Below are positions 49,711 through 56,643 of a stretch of 64,000 bases of DNA, piece after piece (the stretch's first letter is position 1; each line of letters begins with the position of its first letter). The position numbers and the translations under genes were made by a program. The notes beneath the pieces are model-generated. The model searched no databases, had not been told where the DNA came from, and was given only the letters and a program-made list of their open reading frames with translations. Source of the stretch: a virus; the IMG/VR virus record IMGVR_UViG_3300037423_001547, one strand, 5' to 3'.

Positions 49711-49950
49711 ATGGTGTCGTTCCGCGAACTCGCGCGAAGACTGGTAGCCGATGGGATCGTTGAGACGATCTCGCATCAGCGGTTGTCGAAGATCTCGCGC
49801 GACGATCCGGACTTCCCGCCCGTGGTGAAGGTCGGCAGTTCGAATGCTGTCGACTATCGGCTTGCCGTGCCGTACTTCCGAAGCCGGGTGACGCGGCCCG
49901 GGTGGCGGACGGACGTGAAGGGCAAGCCGCCGAGAGCAGAGTCGGAGTAG
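49711..49950 (+). CDS. excisionase/MerR-like small DNA-binding protein, 79 aa
   Basis: ATG follows GAAGGAGGG. VSFRELARRLVADGIVETISHQRLSKISRDDPDFPPVV pattern. Isolated plus-strand gene. Confidence 0.6.
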   Translation: MVSFRELARRLVADGIVETISHQRLSKISRDDPDFPPVVKVGSSNAVDYRLAVPYFRSRVTRPGWRTDVKGKPPRAESE

Positions 49951-49969
49951 CCGCGCCCGGACAGACGAG

Positions 49970-49992
49970 AGCCCCGGTCGTCGGCCGGGGCT
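49970..49992 (+). terminator. hairpin AGCCCCGG-N7-CCGGGGCT
   Basis: Lies 20 nt after the stop of 49711..49950. A second hairpin, CCGGGCGG-N7-CCGCCCGG at 50017-50039, serves the convergent gene. Confidence 0.55.
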
Positions 49993-50088
49993 TCGTCGTG
50001 CCCGAGGTGCTGTCCACCGGGCGGGTAGCGGCCGCCCGGCGCGAGCCAGAGTGTGGCGCCGGCGGTTGGGTTCAGGGTAGGCGGGCTG

Positions 50089-50439
50089 TCAAACGGGGCG
50101 GTAGAACGGAGATGCCTCGCACTCACCCATCGTGCAGACCACCCTCTCGTCGCCCGGAGTGTCTGGGGAGGCGCCGCGGCGGAGGCTCCAGCATCCGCAC
50201 TCGGGGCAGGGCTCTTGCGGGCCGGGCTTGGTCGTAGCAAGCCATTCGGCGAACGGCTGGGGCATGGGCCAGCGCTCGCGAGCGGGTTGCGGCCCGTTGG
50301 CCATCCACTCGTTGACGCTGCTGACGATCTGGTCGTCGCTGAGCTGGTCGTTCCAAGGGGTGTGCGGAACGGTGATGGTGTAGCGGGTGCCGTCGTCGTC
50401 TTCGCGGCTGACGATGCGGTGGTCGTCGTGTTCGGTCAT
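50089..50439 (-). CDS. hypothetical protein with C-terminal CPECGC zinc-ribbon-like motif, 116 aa
   Basis: ATG 50439 follows GAGGGA. Confidence 0.55.
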   Translation of the reverse strand: MTEHDDHRIVSREDDDGTRYTITVPHTPWNDQLSDDQIVSSVNEWMANGPQPARERWPMPQPFAEWLATTKPGPQEPCPECGCWSLRRGASPDTPGDERVVCTMGECEASPFYRPV

Positions 50440-50638
50440 GGCTGGTTTCCCTCTGGTGGCGTGAGGGTTCATGGTGCGCTCGGGTTGGGGGAGGTTCAAG
50501 GGTGCATACATCTACCGCTTGCCGTCGTGTGGGCGTAGCGTCTGCTTCCCCGCGAAGGGGCGCCCTTCGAGGCACCATGGCCCGCTGGCTGGCGGGGTAC
50601 CAGCCGGCGGGCCGCGCCATGCCCGGGTGCCACGACCG

Positions 50639-50770
50639 TCAAGCCGGGTGCGTGCTGCCTTGGTTCATCGGCCAGCGGCGGCCGCAGCGGACGCATTCGT
50701 ACTGGCCGCCCTTGATGACCTTGACGGCTCCGGGGCGGCCTTTGCTGCTGCATGGGGCGACGCTGGTCAC
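50639..50770 (-). CDS. mini zinc-ribbon protein, 43 aa (not in the ORF track)
   Basis: GTGA overlap with the nuclease gene stop. C...CVRCG pattern. Confidence 0.3.
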   Translation of the reverse strand: MTSVAPCSSKGRPGAVKVIKGGQYECVRCGRRWPMNQGSTHPA

Positions 50771-51132
50771 GGCTGCGGTTCCTTCACATGCTCGGCTGCG
50801 CGGGGCCAGGGGACCGCGTGCCCGGTGGCGAGTAGCTCGGTGTTGAGGCAGGCCCCGTCGGGTGCGGTGATGGTGCCGAGGAGCCGTCCGTATGCGTCGT
50901 TGCGGTCCTTCTGCGTGCGGACGGTGAGTATGCCGTCGGGGCAGTGCTGCCCGAACCAGTCGATGACCCAGGCGAGGGCGGCGCTTCCCTCCACCGTGGA
51001 GAGTTCGGGGGCGTTGAGGCCGGCGGCGCGGATGCGGATGCCGTGCTGCCAGACGTGCATTCCGAGATCCACGTCGAGGATCAGGGTGTCTGCGTCGACC
51101 AGGCGGACGAGGCGGGCGGTGTACTCATACAC
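50767..51132 (-). CDS. staphylococcal-nuclease-like (thermonuclease fold) protein, 121 aa
   Basis: ARLVRLVDADTLILDV.......IRIRAAGLNAPE matches the SNase pattern V.RV.DGDT...RL.GIDAPE. AAGGAG RBS. Confidence 0.8.
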   Translation of the reverse strand: MYEYTARLVRLVDADTLILDVDLGMHVWQHGIRIRAAGLNAPELSTVEGSAALAWVIDWFGQHCPDGILTVRTQKDRNDAYGRLLGTITAPDGACLNTELLATGHAVPWPRAAEHVKEPQP

Positions 51133-51343
51133 GGGGCTGCTCCTTGCGTCGGGCGGCGCGCTGCATGGCGCGCCGGGTTGCGCGGTTCGCGGCGGGCGGG
51201 GCGGGGAGTTCGCGCCAGCCGAAGGGGCTTTCGTCGTCGTCCAGGTCGACGACTTGCTCGCCGAGGCTGACGAGGTGGGTGTTCCAGGTGGCCGGGACGG
51301 TTCCGGCGCGTTCTCCGCGGGGTGTGCTGGATGGCCCGGTCAT
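51125..51343 (-). CDS. hypothetical protein, 72 aa
   Basis: ATGA-type coupling with neighbouring genes. Coding bias. Confidence 0.45.
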   Translation of the reverse strand: MTGPSSTPRGERAGTVPATWNTHLVSLGEQVVDLDDDESPFGWRELPAPPAANRATRRAMQRAARRKEQPRV

Positions 51344-51732
51344 GCGTGCTGCTCCTGGTGCTCCTCGGTGACGTGCCGGTCGCGGGCGCGTTCGGCGGAC
51401 TGCTGGCTGGTGTGGTCGAGGGAGAGCCAGCCGTCGCAGGTGTCGGCGCCCCAGCAGCGGAACACCCAGGCGGGGTCGCCTCGGTCGGTGCGGTAGGGCT
51501 GGACGACGAGGCCGGTGGTGACGGCGGGCTGGGGCTGCTCCTGTGCGGCTGCTTGGCGTCGGGTGTCACGCAGGCCGGCGACCAACTCTTCGATGCGGTC
51601 GACGGGGATGCGGACGGGGATGGTGGCGAACTCGCCGCGGGCCCAGATCGTGACGACGGGCTCGTTGCCCCAGTGGGTTTCGGGGGTGGTTTCGATCTCG
51701 TGGCCGTCGGGGTCGGTGTAGTGGAAGGTCAC
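51340..51732 (-). CDS. hypothetical protein, 130 aa
   Basis: Complete ORF, first gene after the hairpin at 51846-51871. Confidence 0.55.
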   Translation of the reverse strand: MTFHYTDPDGHEIETTPETHWGNEPVVTIWARGEFATIPVRIPVDRIEELVAGLRDTRRQAAAQEQPQPAVTTGLVVQPYRTDRGDPAWVFRCWGADTCDGWLSLDHTSQQSAERARDRHVTEEHQEQHA

Positions 51733-51845
51733 GGTGTGGCTCCTGAGGGGCTGTGCGCCTCAGTGGGGCGCGTTGAGGGTGCGGGGTGATGTCGGGGGCT
51801 TACGCGAGCTGTGAGGCCGTCAGGCGCCCGTACAGCCGCCTCCGT

Positions 51846-51871
51846 GGGGCCGCGCTGCTCCACGCGGCCCC
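51846..51871 (-). terminator. hairpin GGGGCCGCG-N8-CGCGGCCCC
   Basis: Lies 7 nt downstream of the stop of 51879..52118. Confidence 0.55.
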
Positions 51872-51878
51872 GGCAGGC

Positions 51879-52118
51879 TCAGCTCTGGCGGGCCTCGGTC
51901 TGGAACTCGATGACGATCTCTTCGTCCCGGACGTGGAACCGGAGCGCGTCGTCGGCGATCGTCTGTCCCTCCGTCAGCCCGTGTGCCTCCCGGTAGGCGC
52001 GGCAGGCGGCTGCGCAGGCGGCGTTGATGTCGCCGATGCAGGCACCCCAGGGTTCGGCCGCGGGGATGATCCAGCGGTGCACGGTGCTGGTGACGGTCTC
52101 GGTGGTGTAGGTGGCCAC
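51879..52118 (-). CDS. hypothetical protein, 79 aa
   Basis: GTG 52118 follows GGAGG, 2 nt after the upstream stop. Confidence 0.5.
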   Translation of the reverse strand: MATYTTETVTSTVHRWIIPAAEPWGACIGDINAACAAACRAYREAHGLTEGQTIADDALRFHVRDEEIVIEFQTEARQS

Positions 52119-52120
52119 GG

Positions 52121-53194
52121 TCAGGCCTCCGTGTCGGGCTGGCCGGACCGCGCCACGGCGGCGGGGTCCTCCACGGTGTACGTCGTGGTCGCACGGACGA
52201 GGCGGCGCTGAACGGGCGTGCCGTCCTTCCACTTCGGTCCGATGGCGCTGGCGTGGGCCAGGTGCTTCACGGCGCGGTCGCGGTCGGGGTATCGGGTGCC
52301 TGGCACCCACTCGTCGGCGACTGGGTCATACAGCTCGGCAGCCCACCTGTGTTCAGCCGGGTGCGCCTCCGTGCCGTCCTGTGTCGGGTCCTGCCGCGCC
52401 TCGCGGGCTGACTCCGGAAGCGGCTGCACAACGACCGTCGTGGTCTGCCGGGCCACCCGGTACTCGAAGTGCGGCATCTCACCTCGATACGCGGCCAACT
52501 GACGATTCGCTTCGTCGAGGTCTTCCAACGTGAGAATGGGCGATTCCCACCCGCCGTCCTCGGCGCGGCATTCGAGGAAGTACAGGACCGTCTCACGGCG
52601 AACAGCATCCGGCTCGGAGCCCTCCGAGTCCTCGGCGGTCAGAGGACGCAGCTCGTCGGGGTCCTGCGGCTGCGGCTGCTCCCCGGGCTCGGGCTGTTCC
52701 TCTGGCTGCCAGACCGGATGCTCGGCCCGCTTGCTGATCGTCAGCATCTCCAGCAGCCGCTCCGCCATGAAGCGGGCCACGGTCGACGTGAGTTCGATGG
52801 GGTAGGGCGTCGAGTTGTCCAGGGCGTGGGCGAGTTCGTCGACGGTGACGGCGGTCTGCTGGTCGGGCGCGGGCAGCTCGGCCCGGCTCGCGTCGTAGGC
52901 GGCGAGCAGCTCCTCCGGCGTTCCGTAGCCGAGGCCCTGGCAGTACGAGAAGTCCAGCGCATGCAGCAGTTGGGCGCGGACGTCGTCGGTGGCGGGCGCC
53001 GGGCCGGCAGGAGCGGCGGCAACGGTCAGCCTCGGCAGCAGCCAGCGGGCAGCCTTCCGGTAGTCGTCCTGACCGCGCCCGTGCTGAGCGACGGACAACT
53101 GCTGCCAGGTCGGGTGGTCGCCGTCGTGGACGTGGACGTCGGCGGCGCACAGCATGCGCGCCCACACTTCGATGGCGGCGGTCGGGTCGGTCAT
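52121..53194 (-). CDS. hypothetical acidic protein with a Pro/Glu/Gln linker, 357 aa
   Basis: Complete ORF with strong coding bias. Central EEQPEPGEQPQPQDPDE linker. No family recognised. Confidence 0.65.
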   Translation of the reverse strand: MTDPTAAIEVWARMLCAADVHVHDGDHPTWQQLSVAQHGRGQDDYRKAARWLLPRLTVAAAPAGPAPATDDVRAQLLHALDFSYCQGLGYGTPEELLAAYDASRAELPAPDQQTAVTVDELAHALDNSTPYPIELTSTVARFMAERLLEMLTISKRAEHPVWQPEEQPEPGEQPQPQDPDELRPLTAEDSEGSEPDAVRRETVLYFLECRAEDGGWESPILTLEDLDEANRQLAAYRGEMPHFEYRVARQTTTVVVQPLPESAREARQDPTQDGTEAHPAEHRWAAELYDPVADEWVPGTRYPDRDRAVKHLAHASAIGPKWKDGTPVQRRLVRATTTYTVEDPAAVARSGQPDTEA

Positions 53195-53514
53195 CGCTGG
53201 TCACTTCCGTCGGCGAAGAGGATCGGGGTGGCAGGGCAGGCGTCGTCACCGCGCGCCTGCCGGACGGCCTCACGCCCGGCCTCGATGCCTCGCAGGTTGG
53301 TCGCTCGCGGCTCCGGGTAGGCCGGGTTCGGCGCAGCGGTGTCGGCATCGGTGTGGATCGGGTGATCGGCCGGGTAGGCGCACACGCACAGGTTGCTGCG
53401 GTAGGCCTGCGTGTAGGCGTGGGGGTGGGCTCGGGATTCCTCGGCCATGCCGCACTCGCAGTTGCCTGCGTTGCTGTGGCGAGAGCGCTGGTACGGGTGC
53501 AAGGTCACGGTCAC
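53191..53514 (-). CDS. hypothetical protein, 107 aa
   Basis: ATGA overlap with the downstream gene. CECG and CVC motifs. Confidence 0.5.
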   Translation of the reverse strand: MTVTLHPYQRSRHSNAGNCECGMAEESRAHPHAYTQAYRSNLCVCAYPADHPIHTDADTAAPNPAYPEPRATNLRGIEAGREAVRQARGDDACPATPILFADGSDQR

Positions 53515-53536
53515 TCCTGGTGGCTGGTGCGGGCGG

Positions 53537-53866
53537 TCAGGCGGCAGCGTTGACTGAGTTCACGGCGCATCCGTGGTGTGGCTCGGTGCACCAGTGGCGT
53601 CCGGCCCAGGTGATTCCGCCGGGCTGCAGTGCTCCGAGGGCGATGGCGCCGGCGAGAGCGGTGAGCGCTGCGGCTCGCTCCCGCCGGTCTTCGAAGTTGC
53701 CGGGTGCGGTGAGCCGGTCGGCTCCGGCCGCGAGTTCGTCGGCGTAGTGGACGGCGAGACGCTGCCGGGCCCGGTCGGTCAGGTCGGCGAGCTGGACGAG
53801 GTGCAGGGGGATCAGGCCCTCGATGGCGGTGAGCAGCATCGGCGGGATCCCGGTGCTGGCGGTCAT
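53537..53866 (-). CDS. hypothetical protein, 109 aa
   Basis: ATGA overlap at 53863-53866. Confidence 0.5.
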   Translation of the reverse strand: MTASTGIPPMLLTAIEGLIPLHLVQLADLTDRARQRLAVHYADELAAGADRLTAPGNFEDRRERAAALTALAGAIALGALQPGGITWAGRHWCTEPHHGCAVNSVNAAA

Positions 53867-54129
53867 CGGCCGTCTCCGATCTCGTCGAGGGCGGTGCGGA
53901 TGGCGTGCTGCTGCTCGCGGTCGGGGTAGCCGAGGCCGGAGAGTTGAGCGGCGGCGATCAGGTCGGCGTGGGTGGGGGTGTCGGGGTCGGTGTGGCCGTG
54001 GTCGGCGAGGATGCGGGCTGCGTCGGCCGGGGTGGCGGTCACGTCGGTCCTTTCGGTCGTGGTGTGGGAGGCTGGGGCCGGCCCGGGCGTGGTAACGACA
54101 CGCCCGGGCTCTTGCGTGGGTGCGGTCAT
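53863..54129 (-). CDS. hypothetical protein, 88 aa
   Basis: ATGA overlap at 54126-54129. Confidence 0.45.
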   Translation of the reverse strand: MTAPTQEPGRVVTTPGPAPASHTTTERTDVTATPADAARILADHGHTDPDTPTHADLIAAAQLSGLGYPDREQQHAIRTALDEIGDGR

Positions 54130-54410
54130 GCGGCACGCTTGGCGGCCGAAGCTCGACGCGGGCTCCCGCCGGACCGGCCAGTGCGCTTGTCGTAGTCCCG
54201 CATGTAGGGCCGCATGTAGGCCGAGTTCGCGGCCCTCGACTCCTCGCAGGCGGGCAGGTTCCCTGTGCGCTGGTGCCACTGGTAGCCGCGCCGATCTCCC
54301 GTGCAGCAGCTGAGCGTTGCGTGCTCCGGCTCGGGCTCCGGCTCGGGCCGGGCGGTCGGCTTCATCGGGATGGCTCGGAGTTCGGCGAGCGCCCGCTGGA
54401 TCGGGTCCAT
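54126..54410 (-). CDS. hypothetical protein, 94 aa
   Basis: ATG 54410 lies 1 nt after the upstream stop. The CCTGDRRGYQWHQRTGNLPACEESRAAN motif is common in actinophage proteins of unknown role. Confidence 0.5.
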   Translation of the reverse strand: MDPIQRALAELRAIPMKPTARPEPEPEPEHATLSCCTGDRRGYQWHQRTGNLPACEESRAANSAYMRPYMRDYDKRTGRSGGSPRRASAAKRAA

Positions 54411-54411
54411 G

Positions 54412-54597
54412 TCAGTCCTCGCATTCGTGGTCGTGGCCTGCTCCGGCACATTGGCCGCAGTCGAGGCAGGTGTCGCAGTGGGTGCAGTGGCCGCAGGGGC
54501 GTCGGGTGGGCGGGGTGCAGGTGCAGGTGGTGAGGGTGGGTGCGGGGTCGGGCCAGATGGGGAGTTCGATCTGACCGGGGCAGAGAGTGCGGGTCAC
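54412..54597 (-). CDS. Cys-rich mini-protein, 61 aa
   Basis: 11 Cys, including CTCT, CGHCTHCDTCLDCGQC and HDHEC. Confidence 0.5.
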   Translation of the reverse strand: MTRTLCPGQIELPIWPDPAPTLTTCTCTPPTRRPCGHCTHCDTCLDCGQCAGAGHDHECED

Positions 54598-54631
54598 CTG
54601 GTCTCTCCGTTCGGTGTGTGGTGGCTGCTGG

Positions 54632-54994
54632 TCACGGCCGGGCGGCGGCAGACACGGCGGCGGGGTCCTCGATTGCGCGGCGGACGGCGACGATCCACTC
54701 GGGCGTGGGCAGTTCGAACAGGCGGGCCGCCATGTCCTGCTCGTCGCACAGGGCGGTGACGGCGGTCAGCTGGGCGCGGAGGCGGCGGATCTCGGCGGCC
54801 ATGGCGGTTACGTCCTCCGGCGCGTGGACGATGAACTCGCCGTCGGCGGTGTGCCAGTAGCTGGCGAGGTGGTCGCCTTCCGCGTTGTGGATGTCGTTGA
54901 AGTCCTCAGACAGCCGCCACGGCCCCTTGCTGGCGGCGCTGGCGCGGGCTTGGATCGCGTCGAGGTTGAGGGGCTGGCTGGTGGTCATGGGCAT
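54632..54994 (-). CDS. hypothetical protein, 120 aa
   Basis: ATG 54994. The ORF-track 352-aa version overlaps the methyltransferase gene in another frame and is unlikely. Confidence 0.55.
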   Translation of the reverse strand: MPMTTSQPLNLDAIQARASAASKGPWRLSEDFNDIHNAEGDHLASYWHTADGEFIVHAPEDVTAMAAEIRRLRAQLTAVTALCDEQDMAARLFELPTPEWIVAVRRAIEDPAAVSAAARP

Positions 54995-55026
54995 CTCCAG
55001 GGGTGTGTGACGGGACGGGCGGGCGG

Positions 55027-55836
55027 TCAGGCGGAGGCGAACAGGTCGGCGGCATACGGCTCGGACAGCCGGCGGGCAGCGGCCTCGGCGTGCGGCTCGT
55101 GACCCTCGACGGCTATCGCCCGGAGGCCGAGCTGGCGGGCGGCGAGCAGGGTGCTGCAGGAGCCGCCGAACGGATCCACCACCAGACCGGCGGGAGGGCA
55201 GGCGTAACGGATCAGCGGCAGCAGCAGCGGGACGGGCTTCTCGGTGGGGTGGATGCCGCCGTTGCGGTGCATCGACCGGACCTTGATGACGGAGGTCATC
55301 AACCGGGTGCCGTTGTCGGTCCAGCTGCCGGTGGCGTACTCGCCTCGGTGCCCGATCTCCTTCGGCCCCTGCTTGACGACTCGGCCGCGTTCGATGACGC
55401 CGGTGGTGATGCGCTGCGGCTGCCGGTACACGTCCCGCCACGCGCCCTGGTAGAAGAACCCGGCCTGCTCGTGGACGCGGCGGAAGCGGTCGTTGTTCGG
55501 GCCGGACGCGTTGTGCTTCTCCCAGATGACGTCGACGTCGTCGGGGTCGTCTTTGCCGATGGTGTCGTGGGAGAGGTGCCAGCCGGCGGCGCGGAACTGG
55601 TCGGCAAACCGCATGAACGTTCGCAGGCCGCCGAAGCACCACATCGACGGGGCCACGGGCGCGACAGCGTCGAGCCAGCCGTCGGGCCAACGATCCCAGC
55701 CGTGGGAGGTCTCTTCGTAGGGCGGGTCGGCAACGATCAGTTCTGCCTGCAGGCCGAGTTCGGGCAGGATGTCCCGGCAGTCGCCGAGGTAGAGGGTGAG
55801 GCCGCTGTCGGGGTCCTCCCAGTACGGGGTGGGCAT
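55027..55836 (-). CDS. DNA methyltransferase, N6-adenine/N4-cytosine (beta-class, DPPY), 269 aa
   Basis: Motif IV IVADPPYE near the N-terminus and motif I VVDPFGGSCST near the C-terminus, plus HPTEKP. No adjacent restriction gene seen. Confidence 0.9.
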   Translation of the reverse strand: MPTPYWEDPDSGLTLYLGDCRDILPELGLQAELIVADPPYEETSHGWDRWPDGWLDAVAPVAPSMWCFGGLRTFMRFADQFRAAGWHLSHDTIGKDDPDDVDVIWEKHNASGPNNDRFRRVHEQAGFFYQGAWRDVYRQPQRITTGVIERGRVVKQGPKEIGHRGEYATGSWTDNGTRLMTSVIKVRSMHRNGGIHPTEKPVPLLLPLIRYACPPAGLVVDPFGGSCSTLLAARQLGLRAIAVEGHEPHAEAAARRLSEPYAADLFASA

Positions 55837-55879
55837 CGTGTCCTCCGGGTGTGGTGGGTGGTGGTGACGGGGGCGGGGA

Positions 55880-56029
55880 TCAGGCGCGGCGCTGCTGCCA
55901 GTGGCTGGGGTCGTTGCCCGTGCCGCAGCAGGTGGGGCAGTTCCCGGTGTCGGGGTCGCAGTCGTGGCAGCCGTTGCCGTTGCAGTCGGGGTGGGCTCCG
56001 TCGCCGTGGCAGGTGCGGCAGTCGTTCAT
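55880..56029 (-). CDS. Cys-rich mini-protein, 49 aa (not in the ORF track)
   Basis: ATG follows AGGAG. Sequence MNDCRTCHGDGAHPDCNGNGCHDCDPDTGNCPTCCGTGND is a DnaJ-type CxxCxGxG-like zinc finger. Confidence 0.45.
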   Translation of the reverse strand: MNDCRTCHGDGAHPDCNGNGCHDCDPDTGNCPTCCGTGNDPSHWQQRRA

Positions 56030-56092
56030 GGAGTGCTCCTGGTTTTGTACGGACTGGTCAGTTGGGTGCGGCGGTCATTTGGTGCACCGGGG

Positions 56093-56248
56093 TCAGGCGG
56101 CGGGCTCGTAGGCGGTGCGGAGCCGGTTGGTGATCCAGGCGTGGCCGCAGTGGGGGCAGCGGTAGGCGGAGCGGATCTGGGTGTCGTCTCGGCGTTCGGC
56201 GCGGGGGCGTATGCCGCAGCGGCAGCAGTTGGGGCAGGTGTCGGTCAC
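56093..56248 (-). CDS. zinc-ribbon mini-protein, 51 aa (not in the ORF track)
   Basis: GTG follows GGAGA. CPNCC...CPHCG pair. Confidence 0.4.
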   Translation of the reverse strand: MTDTCPNCCRCGIRPRAERRDDTQIRSAYRCPHCGHAWITNRLRTAYEPAA

Positions 56249-56261
56249 GGTTGGTCTCCGT

Positions 56262-56630
56262 TCAAGCGGAGGGTTCGGCGAGGGGGAGCTGGCCGCTGGC
56301 TTCGATGGCGGCGCGTCGGGTGGCGGCTGCCGTCTGTGCGTGGTGGTCGCGGTCGTAGTGGAGGTGGCAGCCCTGGCACATGGCGCGGAGGTTGTCGTCG
56401 TGGCAGTTCTCGGGGGTGTGGTCGAGGTGGGCGACGGTGAGCACCACCTTCGAGCCGGTGCCGTACGCCTGACCGCCGTTGACGTTGGGGCAGCGGCCGA
56501 CGTGTGTGCCGCGTCCGCATTCGCCGTGGCATTCGCAGCGGCCGGCGGCGCGTTCGGTGCGGATGCGGAGGCTGATGGTTTTCCAGTCGGCGGGGTACCG
56601 GTGGCGGTTTTCGGGCCGGATGGGGCTCAT
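56262..56630 (-). CDS. HNH endonuclease, 122 aa
   Basis: CECHGECG...VAHLDH.PENC...NL.AMCQGCHL.YD is an HNH-with-zinc-ligands pattern. Confidence 0.85.
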   Translation of the reverse strand: MSPIRPENRHRYPADWKTISLRIRTERAAGRCECHGECGRGTHVGRCPNVNGGQAYGTGSKVVLTVAHLDHTPENCHDDNLRAMCQGCHLHYDRDHHAQTAAATRRAAIEASGQLPLAEPSA

Positions 56631-56643
56631 GGCTGGTGTCCTG

